From: Lepidodermella squamata
Lineage: Eukaryota > Animalia > Gastrotricha
Length of the DNA stretch: 64,000 nt
Direction of reading: 5' to 3'
Assembly (NCBI GenBank): GCA_047495785.1
Contig: JBLDXI010000034.1
Span: forward strand, 372,001 to 436,000
A program made the position numbers and the translations under genes. Shown here in pieces: positions 13,014-25,820 of the stretch. Within the stretch, counting starts at the first letter, position 1. Every line of letters begins with the position of its first letter. The notes under the pieces were generated by a model. The model saw only the letters and a program-made list of their open reading frames with translations, made no database searches and was not told the DNA's origin.

Positions 13014-13285
13014 AGTGAGTCCGAGTCTTATTCATAAACGAAGGTCGACTCGTTGGAAAATTGGCATAGATTCAAAGGCCTTTGTGTAAGTAACTCGGTA
13101 AGAGTTAACTGGCTGCCGGGTAGTCCTGGGTGGAGAATCTCTGATCCTAGTTACTCTAACAGGGTTTCGGAACCTTGCTACCTTGCTGCCTGGTACAACC
13201 AGGTACTTGGATTTCAAGATATAAATTTTTTAAAAGTGCTTTATCGTTTATTATTGACATGTAAATTTTTCAAAAATTGCATTAA

Positions 13286-13830
13286 TTAATTGCAAGGTCC
13301 CAATTCCCACCTATGAAAAAAAAAATTTGAGCGCCCGAATTCGCACCATTCGTTAGTTTTACCGTAAAAGCACTTGCGGTAGTTACTAGAAAATCCGTAA
13401 ATCTGCGACTCAGTTCTCCGATAGGCGTAGATACCCAGCAGCAGCAAAGACACGATTACGAGCATCAGGTAAATTCGAAAAATGATCAGAAACATAAGCG
13501 ATGGAAAGCCAATGCAGAGGGCTGCTAAACAACCACATGTGGTGGCTCTGACACTGAGACGTAATGCAAAAAGGATCACTAGGCTTGCTAGAAGCATCGC
13601 TAACTTGAACTTCAAAAACTCGAGCAGGAAGTGAACAATGTCAGCAATGATTTCGAAAAAACCCTGAAACAAAAGGCTAACTGCGTCCGGTTCAGTGTGA
13701 TGCAAAATACTGCCATCGACGAGTTTAGGCAACCCATCGTGGAACAACACGTCGTACATGACCCCGTGATAATGGGTGTAACATAAAAGTAAAGCAACAG
13801 AAATGAAGTTGCAAACCGTAACGATCCCAT
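13286..13830 (-). CDS. Possible small multi-pass membrane protein or relic, carried inside the Sola-like element
   Basis: 157-aa ORF with 2-3 hydrophobic stretches. An upstream signal-like segment (MGSLRFATSFLLLYFYV) lies in another frame. Confidence 0.3.
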
Positions 13831-14662
13831 ACTAGTGATAGCTGCAAATAATACTGACAATAAGAATAAACAATATAAACTCCAAATCTGACCAGATACA
13901 ACAAAAGACTTTGTCGAGTTCACATTGATTCTTTTATTCGGCTTACACATCGTTAATTACTAGCTCTTGATAACAGCAAGGTGTACATTGAGTTAACATG
14001 TAGCAGCCGCTGCTCGGTTCCAGGCTCCAATCAGTAGCCGATCAGTAATGTTTGATAACTTGATGACAGTTGCATACCGCGCTACCTACGAGTCCACCCT
14101 CATCAGTAGCTGACTCAGTAGTGTTTAATTCCTTGATGACAGTTTCATGGCGTTTTGATGTACACCTCACTCCTGTGAAGAATAAAGGTCCATTTGGTTA
14201 TGATAACGGTAGGTAGATAATAATAACTTGCCTTCTCTGCTCGTTATTTTATTTGTTATTTTATCATGACAGCTAAACCTGAAAAAGTGTACTGGGCCGC
14301 GAAACCTCACGTTTGATAAAAAGATGGATTTGCTGTCTTGGATTGCGGATGGTGTTATTCCACCGCGAATGCTTGATTACTTCAAGGCTCTACCATGTGA
14401 CATTTCTTCAGAGGAGAAACGCCGGGCATATGAAAATCGGCTAGCCCTGATTCGAGAAAAATATAAAGACAACGAATGGACAGCCGATGACGTGGATATG
14501 GCAGACGAAGAAGAGCTTATCGACAGGCTTTGAATTTTGGTATTGGTGTTATCCTCGTAATATATATAATATATAGTTTTACCTCTTGTTTTAATGTTTT
14601 CAATGATATTATTATTATTATTATTGTGCAGAAATTGAAATAAATTTTTTGTAGTGTTTTAA

Positions 14663-15167
14663 CACTTTAACTGCCAAAAATTGACTGCGAGGTCCGATAT
14701 TTGGGTCTAATTCCTGGGTCTCTCAAAAAGTCTTTTATTTCGGGTCAACGATGCGTCGAGGGGCAAAATGCCTGACGGCAAAGTGTAGGCCATGACCTGG
14801 CGGTTCTTTTGACACCGAATTCGGGGCCACAAGGTCTGAGCAGGTCATTGAAAATGACAGTGAAATAACGTCGAAAATTTTGGATTAGAGCCAAAAATCA
14901 GACCCAAGAATTGGACCTAATTATTAGACCCAGATTATGGCGCAACAATCGAAATTTCACTGTTTTTCAAGTTTGATTTCTGTGCGTTCCTTGAAGTCTT
15001 TGGCCCCGAATTCGGTGTCAAAAGAACCGCCAGGTCATGGCCTACACTTTGCCGTCAGGCATTTTGCCCCTCGACGCATCGTTGACCCGAAATAAAAGAC
15101 TTTTTGACAGACCCAGGAATTAGACCCAAATATCGGACCTCGCAGTCTATTTTTGGCAGTTAAAGTG
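14663..15167. mobile_element. piggyBac-like foldback MITE
   Basis: About 167-bp TIRs starting CACTTTAACTGCC; TTAA on both flanks. Confidence 0.9.
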
Positions 15168-15719
15168 TTAATGAAAAAATGCGTTGTTGGTGTTGTGTCT
15201 TTGAGCGGCTTCTGGTCAACGATAATGAACGGTGAAGAAAATCTTAGATAGCAGGCACTTGAGAACAACATTTTTAGGGGAATTTTATTATTCTTCTCGT
15301 ATTTTACGTCAAGTCTCAATAAATTTGTAGTTATCGGAGCTACCTGTTACGCACAATGCAACGTAAAATAACAACGAATTTCCATAAAAGTTATGTCGCC
15401 TGGCCGCCCATGCTTTAATCGCGCATCATGCACAACAACATACATATGCGCACACTAATAATAATAATAGTACGCCGACTGAAAAACCGCTCAAACAGCT
15501 TCAACGTGGCACTGGACGCTCGAAGTGCATCAATTTTTACATATTCTTCATCCTCGCATCAAGACGGTCATTTTGACACCGGTTTCGAGGCTAAATTCGA
15601 CAAATTAAGAAAATTTGTTTTCCCATGTGGGTATAGCATGGTTAAGCAACATTACTGCACGGCGCCGACGATATTGTGAACTTGTATCTACCTGATCTAC
15701 CTGATGTTTGATTTGTGAA

Positions 15720-17320
15720 TTTTTTCGCGAATATTTTTTAATAAAGTAATAATTATGGCTGTATCTTTTTCCGTACAACGTATATCTCTTTCCGTACAAC
15801 GCTAAAGTCTTTGATACGTACAACATGATTAAACCGGGTGGAATATCTCCCAATCGTACAACGTATTATCTTTTTGCGTACAACATATAATTGCCGCCAC
15901 GTGGTCGAATGTTGGGTCATATAACACGTGGCCGATTGAACCAGCATGGCCGGTCAAAGGGGCCTTCCCAGTTGCTCTCATTCGATAAGTTTTCGTTATG
16001 GCGAAATTCAAATTAACAGTGGTTTTCTTAGCCGTGTTGATGCTAACTGGGGCTCACCTCATAGCCCCCGCGAACTTCATAGGCATTAGCGCAGAGCTGG
16101 ATAATGCATCAGTTTCTTCCTTTACCGATGATGGTGACGATGACGTGGCTGAGGACGATGATTTCGATAATGCTGGCGAGGAGAACGGTGAAGTCGACGA
16201 CGAGGCTGATTTACCGGCTGATGATGAAGATGCTCCTGGCGAGGGTGATGACATTTTCGATACCTACATGCCGATTACGCGATGCACGCTGAAGGTTGTG
16301 CGTACAACAGGACTCGGTTCTCATGAAAACGAAAGTGCGTACGAACATCTGTTTCGATCATTGAAGAAGTGGAAGCCGGACTATTGCCCCAAAGCAGTCA
16401 TGGCTGACGGCGCTTCGTACATAACAGCCGCGATCATCGCTGTTCGAAATCACGCGAGACTGGACATTCCACTTTGAAGAGTGGGCGACTTCTCCGAAAA
16501 CTACCGCCAAAGAATACACCACTGCTTATTCTTACTACCTCAAGTTTGCTGATCATTACGACCAAATCGGTGACAATGAGTGGCTGTGGCTTCCTTGTGA
16601 TTATACTGTCGACGATTCAGTTATTACTGCTCGAAGAGATGGCAACTTCTCAAGCCTTAATGCGTTCGACTGCGCCTTGAAGTACGTCTTCTTGTTGGTA
16701 GTCGCCCCTGGGATCATCACTTGCACTTGTGAAACTGGCGTCAAACGAAAGCCATGCGCTCATGCCATCGCTCTCGCTCATCACTTGCCCGGCCACAAGC
16801 GAATCGACGCGAAATACCACTCTGTTCCGTTGGTCATGCGTGGCAAGGCTGGGAGACGAAGCAAGGTAGCTCCAGCTTTGGTCCATCAAGCTTCGCCGAC
16901 TCGACCCAACCTGGAGTTTTGGCAGGAACCTGCTGGAGCAGTCGAGGCTGATTCGACCACAAATCCGCCTATTCCAACTGAGCAGCCCAAGAAAAAGCGT
17001 GGTCGGCCCAGGGGTAGCCGTAACAAGCGATCTGCTTCTGCCGCTGGGCGTGGTGAGGTTCGCCGCCGGCGAGGACGCCGCCAATCTGCCAAATAGCTGT
17101 TGTATGGTTGGGAGATATGGAGAGTGAAATAAAATATGAATAAAAATAATATTGCGTTGTACGGTTGGGAGATGTTAAATTTAAATTTAAATTTAATAGA
17201 TGTGTTGTACGTTTGGAAGATATTTCTGTTGTACGGAAAGAGATATACGTTGTACGGAAAAAGATTTCCTCATAATTATTATCGAGGAATCTACTTTTTC
17301 GAATTACGCTGAAAAAATAG
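15720..17320 (+). mobile_element. Deleted Mutator-like (MULE) element with transposase relic
   Basis: ENESAYEHLFRSL...PKAVMADGASYITAA (MULE DDE segment); SWIM finger CTCETGVKRKPCAH; AT-hook KKRGRPRGS. Inverted CGTACAAC/GTTGTACG subterminal repeats at 15760-15885 and 17096-17265. Confidence 0.8.
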
Positions 17321-17488
17321 AAAAAGGGAAGAGGAGGGAGGAAGGGCCTGCTGGGTCCGAAAATTCAATCGATTGTTGCGTCATGGGTCACAGATGGTGA
17401 TAACTATAATGCTGCTCGCTTCGTGGACGAAGGCTAATAAACCAAAGCCAGCTAATAAACCGCCAGCTAAATACCCAAAATAGATAAT

Positions 17489-18521
17489 AGCCCCTTTTAC
17501 ACTACACCATACGAATGGTAAATGATGGTAATTACTCCATTGTTAGATAACAGAAATTTGCTCGCTTTTATTTGATTCTAACGTTTTTATCGGTGCTATG
17601 AGAGAACTAAAAGGAATTAAAAACTTTTTGATTTTATTGTAACTAATTTTCAAAGGTATAATAGCATGCTCATTTTCCCGTGAAACTGGATACGATTACT
17701 GGCTTTATATTCAGCACCCGAAAAAATTCCCGCATTTGAATAATCGAACAAATTTTTTTATAAAATTATTCTGGTAAAAATATTCTGTAAATTTCTTGCT
17801 TCATCACCGTGATCTCGAGGATTTTCGCGTCAAAAATTGTCAGCAAGTCAACTATTGAATACATTTCAAAGTGTTTATTTCCGTAAAATTTGCCGTAAAA
17901 TTCTCAACAGGGGGTCTTACTTTTAGTCTGGTAAACGATTTCATAACATTTAATTTTTGAAATTCACGATTAATTTCAAAGAAATATTGGTTGCAAAATT
18001 CCATGTGGTTTTCAGTAAAAGGCATCGCTTCACAATACCCCGGGCGATTTTAAGCGGTCAAATTAATAATTTTACAGCAATTTTGTGTGGAAAAGCTGTC
18101 CACAAATACCATGAAAATTAAAACTAAAAAATACCCCAAAATTAGCATCACCTCAATTTCCCAACGCGAGAGCCGAGTTCAAAAGGTGATGAAACATGAT
18201 AGAAAAAATGCAGAGATACGCTTAGTAGAATCGCAGAAAATTTGCGGAATTTTCAAGATAATTTATTTATGGCGATTTTATTTCAGCCAGGCACTGAATA
18301 AAGCTCAGGCATCCTATCCGGTTGACGGAAAATTGATCAGGTCGTAAATGACTCGCAAAAATACCCACGTAAACTGGTTTCAATTCTATTTAGTTCTCTT
18401 AAAATCACGATAAAACCGTAAAAATAAGCAAAAACAAGCTAATCCTTGTTATTCAACACACGAGTAATTACCATCAATTACCATCATTTACCATTCGCAT
18501 AGTAGTAGTGTAAAAGGGGCT
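17489..18521. mobile_element. PIF/Harbinger-like MITE, copy 1
   Basis: TIR AGCCCCTTTTACAC...GTGTAAAAGGGGCT; AAT on both flanks. Confidence 0.85.
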
Positions 18522-18524
18522 AAT

Positions 18525-19765
18525 AGCCCCTTTTACACCACACCATTCGAATGGTAAATGATGGTAATTACTCCATTGTTAAATAACAGTGATCAGCTTG
18601 ATTTCATTTTATTTTAACGTTTTTTATCGCTGCTATGAGAGAACTAAATAGGAATAAAAACATTCTGATTTTTTTGTGACTAATTTCAAAAGGTATTACA
18701 GCATGCCCATTTACCCGTGAAACTGTATATGATTCCTGGGCTTTATATCAGCACCCAAACAACAATTTCTCGCCTTTGCATAATTAAACACATCGAACAA
18801 TAGCCGCCAAGTATTTTTAAATTGTTTTTGCGAAATTATTTTGGTAAAATTATTTGTATAACCCTTGCTTCGTCGAGGAATTTCGCGTCAGAAAATTGTC
18901 ACTTTTGAATATTTCTCAAGATGTTTATTGCAGTAAAATTTGCCTTAAAAATCTCAAGAGAGTCATACGTTTAGTCGCCTGTTGCGGAGCCAGCAAATTT
19001 ATGGTAAACGTATTCATACAAATTACTTTTTTAAAAATTCACGATTAATTTCCAATAAAATATAAATTCCAATAAAATTCCAATAAATTCCAATAAAAAT
19101 TGGTCGCAAAATTCCACGTGGTTTTCAGTAAAAGACATGACCATCGCTTTAAGAAAAGACGTGATAATAATTATCGATAACAATAATTTAAAACAATTTT
19201 ATTCTAGGCCTCGGTGTTGTTTTAAGGCATGTTTTCGCCTTCGATAATTCGAAGTTAGGAATTATTTCTTGAAAAGAATTGGTGAACCCCGGCGATTTTT
19301 AATCGGTCAATAAATAATTTTACAGCAATTTTGTGTGGAAGCTGTCCAGAAATACCATGAAAAATAACTAAAAAAATACCCCAAAATTGGCATCTCGACA
19401 TATTCCCAACGCGAGAAGCCAAGTTCAAGGTGATGCAATTTGGTAGAAAAAAATTCAGATACACGCTTTGCGGAATCACGGAAAATTTGCGGAATTTTGA
19501 CGATAATTTTTTTAATGGCGATTAAATTGGCCAGGCACTGAATAAAGCTCAGGCATCCTATCCAGTTGACGGAAAATTGATCAGGTTGTAAATGACTCGC
19601 AAAAATACCTACATCCGCTGGTTTTCATTCATTTTAGTTCTCTAAAAATCACGATAAAAGCGTGAAAATGAGCAAAAACAAGCTAATCCTTGTTATTCAA
19701 CACACGAGTAATTACCATCAATTACCATCATTTACCATTCGCATAGTAGTAGTGTAAAAGGGGCT
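18525..19765. mobile_element. PIF/Harbinger-like MITE, copy 2 (head-to-tail with copy 1)
   Basis: Same TIRs and colinear body as copy 1; AAT between the copies and after copy 2. Confidence 0.85.
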
Positions 19766-22263
19766 AATAAACCCGTCGCCAGCGGGGTTATTATCCCAGC
19801 CTAAATTTTAGCTATTTATCTAGCTAATAAACCTAATTTTTTTTCTAGTGCGAGGCATCAAGCTGGGAGCGTGCGGAATTGTAATATTTTGCTTAACGAC
19901 GGATATGTGGAAATTTACGTTGTATCGTCAGGTTAGTCGATATGAAAAAAGGTGGCAATATTTCCTTGCGACGCTTTGAACGTATGCTCCGGAAGATAAA
20001 AAACAAAATGAAAAATGCTTTACCTTTGTTTTTTGTCGATCCACATAAGGTACAATTTTATTTTTGGAATTGTAAATGTTTCCACCGATTTTCTTCTAGG
20101 GGGAAGAGGACAAAGATGAAAATGTGCGAGTTAGGGGCTGCTGTTTTCGTGACCTTGTGGATGTTCTCCATGTTATTGTTGCATGCTACAACCTTGGGAC
20201 GAAATCTGTGCATGAGCTTCGTCTGTCTTTGGACGGAACCCCTCCCCGTAGCCAGGGCCAGCCCATTGAGCGTTTTGACGTAGCCCTGATGTCTACTAAA
20301 ACTGCACCTAATTTAGTGGGCGAAATCTGTCTTGGCATGTATTTGGATGAAGAACTACCAGAAAAAATCAATTACTACTTTGGCCACCTTTTCGACAAGG
20401 TAAATTTAATGACTTATGAACACCTACCCAGATGGAAATTCAAGATGAGAATATTGGGCTAGATTTCAGCTGATTTATTTAGTGCCCTCAAATAGGCGAA
20501 ACACATAATCGGCCACAATTTCAGCTAAAATAATCTCTGAAATCATTAACTAGCTAAACAGACAGGCGACTCAATTAAATCGAATTAATTCGACGAACAG
20601 TCAACTGCTAATTTTTAACACAAATGGCTTCGGCATCGCGAATCTCTTGCAGCCAAATAATTTTTCCCAATTTTAACTAAACTCGATTTCGCAGAAACTT
20701 TCTTCTAAAATGATGGCTGAGCTTCCTGAAAATCAGTTTGGTGAAATAGCCCCAACATTGCGCATAATTATAGGTGAATTTCTTCACCTAAAAAGTTGGC
20801 CTGAACGTCGTTTTTGGTCTCGCAAATTTCCGTCTGAGTAACTGATTATTCGCATTGTCAATGGATTTTTATCCATTTCCAATTTCGATTTTTCATTATT
20901 TCCATCTGTCATTTTTCAGATAAATGCCATCGAAAAAGAGGGTGTGGTCATAAATGGCGATTTATATCGTTTTTCATTTTTTTGGGACTCTGATGTCTAC
21001 GCTTGCATACGAGTATTTGGTGCTAGCCATCCAACGGCTGAGTAAGTCTATTTCTATACTTTGTCCAAATTTTCCTTAAGTGTTAGTCGTTGGGAACGTC
21101 AAGGCATGGAAATCAGCCCTTTTTTCTGTAAATTTGAGAAAAAATCCACTTTCAATTCGGAAGCGTCAGTTTAACCCAATTCCTGACGCAGTATTTCTTC
21201 CAAATTTAAACTCTACGCGCCTGTCACGCGCCACTGCATATGTATTTGCCATGATGAGCTTTCCCAACTTCACTCGACTTTGAAACGATTTTTCTCTTAT
21301 ATTTTTCAGAGAAATATGTCCAATTTGTTTCAAGACGGCATACGATCCGGAGCCTGGATGCAAGGAGCTGCGTCCTTATCACGACGAAAACGCCATCAAA
21401 GCCCTCGTTGACTCCGATGACGACAAGGGTCACTCTCGCCCTTCACTGCTCAACATTTCAGCCAAGAAAATTCTGCCCGATACGTTGCATTTTTACGACC
21501 GGTTTAGCGAAACAGTGATCAGTACGGTAAGATATTATTGACTCCCTCAAATCTTTCGGCTACTTTTTGGCATGACTTAGGTATTGACCGTTGTTGCCGA
21601 ATGCGGCTTCGTCAGTGAAGCAGAACTGTTTGCCCGGCTTTTCGCCGAAGCATCCTGTAAGGGACATTCGACCTACGAGAGGGTACATATTAAGGTGGAA
21701 ATCAAGAGTGCGACAAAGGCTGGGGGTAATCGCCTAGTAAAGATAACCATCGACACCGACAGCCAAAAAGATGTGGCTCGTAGCTTGATGCAGTCGAGTT
21801 TCGAAATTTTAGGCGACGAAATCAACGAAATTAACCGAACAAATCTGCTACGGCATTACTTCGCTTCGTGGTCACCTTCGATGCTGAGCCGTATGCTCGA
21901 AGCACCTCAGCAAGCTCAGCAAGCTCAGCAGTCTACAAAGCGCAAAGCGACATCATCGCGAGCCGCCTTGTCCAAGCCAGCCCCACAAGTCCTCGATAAA
22001 ACGGCTCTTCTCAACACAATTATGGCCAGAGACGAAGCTAACGAAAATTATAGCGAAAAGCCGGAAATCGATAACTGTATAACTCGTCTGCAAAATGCCG
22101 ATTCCCTACTCAAATCAAGCCGTATTGTGATGGGCCTGTTCAAACAGAAGACGCTGCCTTCAGAACACGACCTTATGAATCTGGAAAGACTGGTTTTCAC
22201 CCTTAGGGGCCGAAATACCACGTATAGCCACTGTAAGTTCCGTCATTTACACAATTTCCTTTA

Positions 22264-22329
22264 CCTTTTCACGAGAGCCTTTTCACGGGAGCCTATGCTT
22301 GGCTGAATCAAAATTCCGCTGTGAAAGGG
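22264..22329. mobile_element. Tiny piggyBac-like relic in a transposase intron
   Basis: TTTA|CCTTTTCAC...GTGAAAGGG|TTAA. Confidence 0.4.
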
Positions 22330-24891
22330 TTAACATACATTTAGATTGTATTTTTAACGGGTTTGCATTTTTTTGGAGACGAAACAACTTATTTTCTCTT
22401 GGTAATGAATATCTAAATTAGTTCCTACGTTGTAACTGGGACGAACAGTCTCCAATTTCTCAAGGTTTCAGCTAATCGATTTTGAATTTTTAATGTACAA
22501 TAATGCACTGTACAATAATTTTGGCGTTTTATCTTTATTCCCTTCGTTTTTAACGGAAATATGTTTTTTCATAATTTTTATAAAAAGTATTTATAAAAAC
22601 TTTGAAAAATTCCACTTTTTATAAATATTTTTATAAATCTTTGAAAATTAATTTGAAATTTATAAAAATTAAAATTTATTTGAAATTTATTTAAATTTTA
22701 AAAAAAATGTAAAAAAGAGCATACACCATTACGTCCAATAACTCGCACTTCTCCTGGCGTACCTGTATTTTTAAACTTTATCTATTGTTTACCAGTTACA
22801 ATTTTGAACACCAGACCATACATTTTCAAACACCAGTAATTTTAAACACCAAATCGATCCTTAAAAAACACGCTGTTATTTCAGATGTTGGTTCGCATTT
22901 CTACCCTCACCTGAGCGAAGGCCGAGATCTGTTTGCTCTATGTACTAGCCCAATGGAGCGATCACATCGCGTGACAAAAGATTTCCGGCAACATTGTACA
23001 TCACCATTTAACGGTACTCTCGTCGCTAAGCAGCTGATGGAAGGTGAAAATCAAATTCTCGACAATTTTGTGCGATCATTTAACAAAGAAATACATTATG
23101 AATTCGATGACGAAGATCAGTACAAAGCCGGCGAGTTTCCGCGACCTATAATTCGGCCCCGCCTCCACCACTGATTTCAGCGTCTTAGGGACTCTCATTA
23201 AAAATTTCTTATTTGTTTTTGAATATGAGTCCTAAGATCGGTTGAGCTTTGACCGATGAGTGCACAGCTTACTGGCTTTCGATATCGATATAGTCTACAG
23301 AACACTCGGTAATTAATCAGATTTTCTACCTCTTTTTCGAGAAATTTCCTGAATTAATCCAATTGCCTTGATCCTCGATGTCATTTAAAATTTCAAAATT
23401 TCAAAGCATTAACTTTTAAATCTTTTAAATTTTTAAATTTCAAAAATTATTTTTTAAATCTTAAATATAAATTTTTTAAATTACTCGCGTTTCCAATTTT
23501 ATTCAATTTCTGATTATATTTCAGCTCTCGTTCCTGCATGCTATCGAACCAACGCCAAGCTATGACAGATTGAGGTGGGTGCGATCAAAAACCTAGCAAT
23601 AATTTCCAGCCAGTGCTGAATTTCGTTACGGCCGTCATGTCGATATACCCAAGATTTTCCAATTCTTCTATTATTTGTGATCGTAATATCTTCAATTTCT
23701 TGAATAAGCTTGAATCGCATCGAATTCGCCTTCTGCGGAATTTTTTGGCCACCCTACTGTTGGGATCACGCGTAAATTCTACAAAACTTTTGAATAGCTG
23801 CTCACACTGACTGTAATACGTCTCTGCTTATGGGCGGGCAAAAATACGCACTTTGTAGCCACCTTGTACATGTCTGAATTCAATGCGACACGCTCTAGTG
23901 AATTCGAATTCTGCTCAGTAATCAATTTCTGCGTGATTCATTAGCATGTTGTAGTTTTATTACTATCAATTTCTGCGTGATTCATTACAAATGCCATCTT
24001 TTTTCGAACTGAATGCGACGTTATTATCTCTTTGTTTAAATTACTGATGAAATGTTTGGAATTTTGCCTGAAATTAAAAAAAAACAATTCAGCGATAACC
24101 TGTGGGTAGGTGATGTTCACATTTACGTTATATTCACGCGTGAGTGGTTTAATCATGTATGACTTTTTACGCGCTCTTCGTTCCAGTTTAATACGGCCGT
24201 GTCACCTTTTCCTACTCCTACAAATATCTCCTTCTGCAGAAAATAATGCAGAATTTCTTTGAAGTTGTGAAATGCGCTACTAATTAACCGTTATCTTATT
24301 CTCATTCCCCAAAGTTCGAATCTCTCAGATATTTGCGAAAATAATGCCTCGAGATTCCCAACCATGGCTATAATTTTTCTCGCCTTGGAAAAAATTTAAT
24401 AAAATACCTATGGAAAATTCCTATACCTATCCACTTATTTCCGACTCAACAAATTTTCGAAATGTTTGTTACATTTTTCAAAGAGTTGTTTCAAATTATA
24501 AATTCTTGTTTCTATTGTGTTATTCTTTATTCTTATCTCGCCGGCCGTAAAAATTGTCTATCACTATCAATTGTTTTCAATCTGCTTTCTTTTCGCCAAA
24601 AGTTTCCTCGATTATTTTCATTTATGTAAGTTCGTACTGGAAAACTGGTACGAAATTGCGGGTACGAAGTTACACTTTACCAAATATTGCGGCTTATAAT
24701 TAAATCAGATATTTCTAATGCCTATTTATTGCTTTTTCCCGCTTCTTTTCTCCAAGTGTTGAGACCCAATTATGACGTCACTATGCTCGATGTTGAGGTA
24801 ACTTTCACTTCGGAAATCTTGTTATCAGCTGCCGAATGATTCAAAGCTTACTGAATATTAACATATATCGTGGGAAGTATGCGGTTTCAAA

Positions 24892-25070
24892 CAGCGGCGT
24901 AACTAGGTCTACCAAACTGGTGGGGCCAGCCTTGGGGCCAGCACATCTTTTGTACGTATTTGCGGCCCCGAATTTTTCAGACCAAAGGGTCCCCCCTGTG
25001 GTACCCTGAGGGTATTTTTCCAGCTGGTGGGGCCGGTGCCCCCCCTGGCCCCCCCTTAGTTACGCCCCTG
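24892..25070. mobile_element. hAT-like MITE (179 bp)
   Basis: TIR CAG(C/G)GGCGTAACTA(G/A)G; perfect 8-bp TSD GTTTCAAA. Confidence 0.92.
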
Positions 25071-25555
25071 GTTTCAAATAATCCTGTCTGCAAACATGTT
25101 TCAATATGTTACTTCAATCTTCAATTGCCTTCTTATTTTCACCGCGATGGCCGCGATGGCCGGCCGAAATAAAATAAAAATGCGGATTAATCAGTGGCGT
25201 AATTTTTTTCGAACTGTGACCTATTAAGGTTACCGTATCCGGATGCAGCAGGTACTAACAGGCTCCAAATCACCTTAAAACACCTTGAAATTGGATAATT
25301 AGCCGAGAATCGCGGAGAATCGCGGAGAAAACTTCCATTCTTACAATACAGCCATATGACGTTCTGATGACTCAATGATGATTCATCGTTAATCCAAAGG
25401 AAAAACCGGCTGCGCTATGTAAGTTTTTCGACTCTCCTTTGGTCAGATCCTTTGATTATTGAAATTCATTAAAAACCGGTGTTTATTACCGGTATAAATC
25501 GGTTTAAACTGGTGGGCGGTTTTTTCAGAATATAAACCGGTCGGTATAATACCCT

Positions 25556-25820
25556 GTCGCTCTACAACCGTCGTCAATTCATTCACATAAACGGTGAACA
25601 TTAGCGGTCCGAGAACGGACCCATCAACTGGTTTTGTTGATGGGTTTAAATATTTTACAGTCAAAAGATCCGCACGTTGGAATTGAGGCGATGCTAGTTG
25701 CAATTTTTCGCACGTGGGAAATGAGGCTGTTTATCCCTTGCAAAACGGACCAAAATGACGCCTTCTTCACGATCTCCGAAAATAGCTCCAAGGAAAGGGA
25801 GATAGTTACAACAATATGAA
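25556..25820 (-). mobile_element. Degenerate LINE RT fragment
   Basis: GSVLGPLMFTVYVNEL motif, abutting a CAGGGTATTA hAT-like end at about 25555. Confidence 0.6.

Larger units (their letters stand above)
8700..15670. mobile_element. Long-TIR DNA transposon, probably Sola1-like, internally deleted
   Basis: About 150 bp near-perfect (about 230 bp imperfect) TIRs starting CGTCGGCGCCGTGCAG, with ATAT on both flanks. 14280-14533 encodes KMDLLSWIADGVIPPRMLDYFKALPC plus an acidic tail, resembling Sola transposase C-termini. Confidence 0.7.
6865..19850. mobile_element. CACTA/EnSpm-type (CMC) DNA transposon, about 13 kb including nested insertions
   Basis: TIRs CACTAGAAAAAAAATTAGGTTCATTAGCT and AGCTAATAAACCTAATTTTTTTTCTAGTG. 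Flanks TGA/CGA form a 3-bp TSD with one transition. GCTAATAAACC subterminal repeats. Removing it restores the host reading frame. Confidence 0.85.
6324..23174 (+). pseudogene. Multi-exon RAG1/Transib-like DDE transposase gene, interrupted by the 13-kb insertion 6865-19850
   Basis: Phase-compatible GT-AG exons (approx.): 6324-6392, 6450-6500, 6557-6613, 6665-6864+19851-19880, 19932-20049, 20100-20399, 20920-21041, 21310-21526, 21581-22232, 22885-23174. Motifs in RAG1 order: LSLDGT, WDSDVY, ICPIC, PDTLH, TTYSHYVGSH, CTSPMERSH. N-terminal AT-hook KRGRP. Confidence 0.75.

Noticed and set aside
23590-24370. Convergent minus-strand gene as a RAG2-like partner (ProtoRAG layout)
   Set aside because: Short and decayed; no kelch repeats or PHD finger visible.
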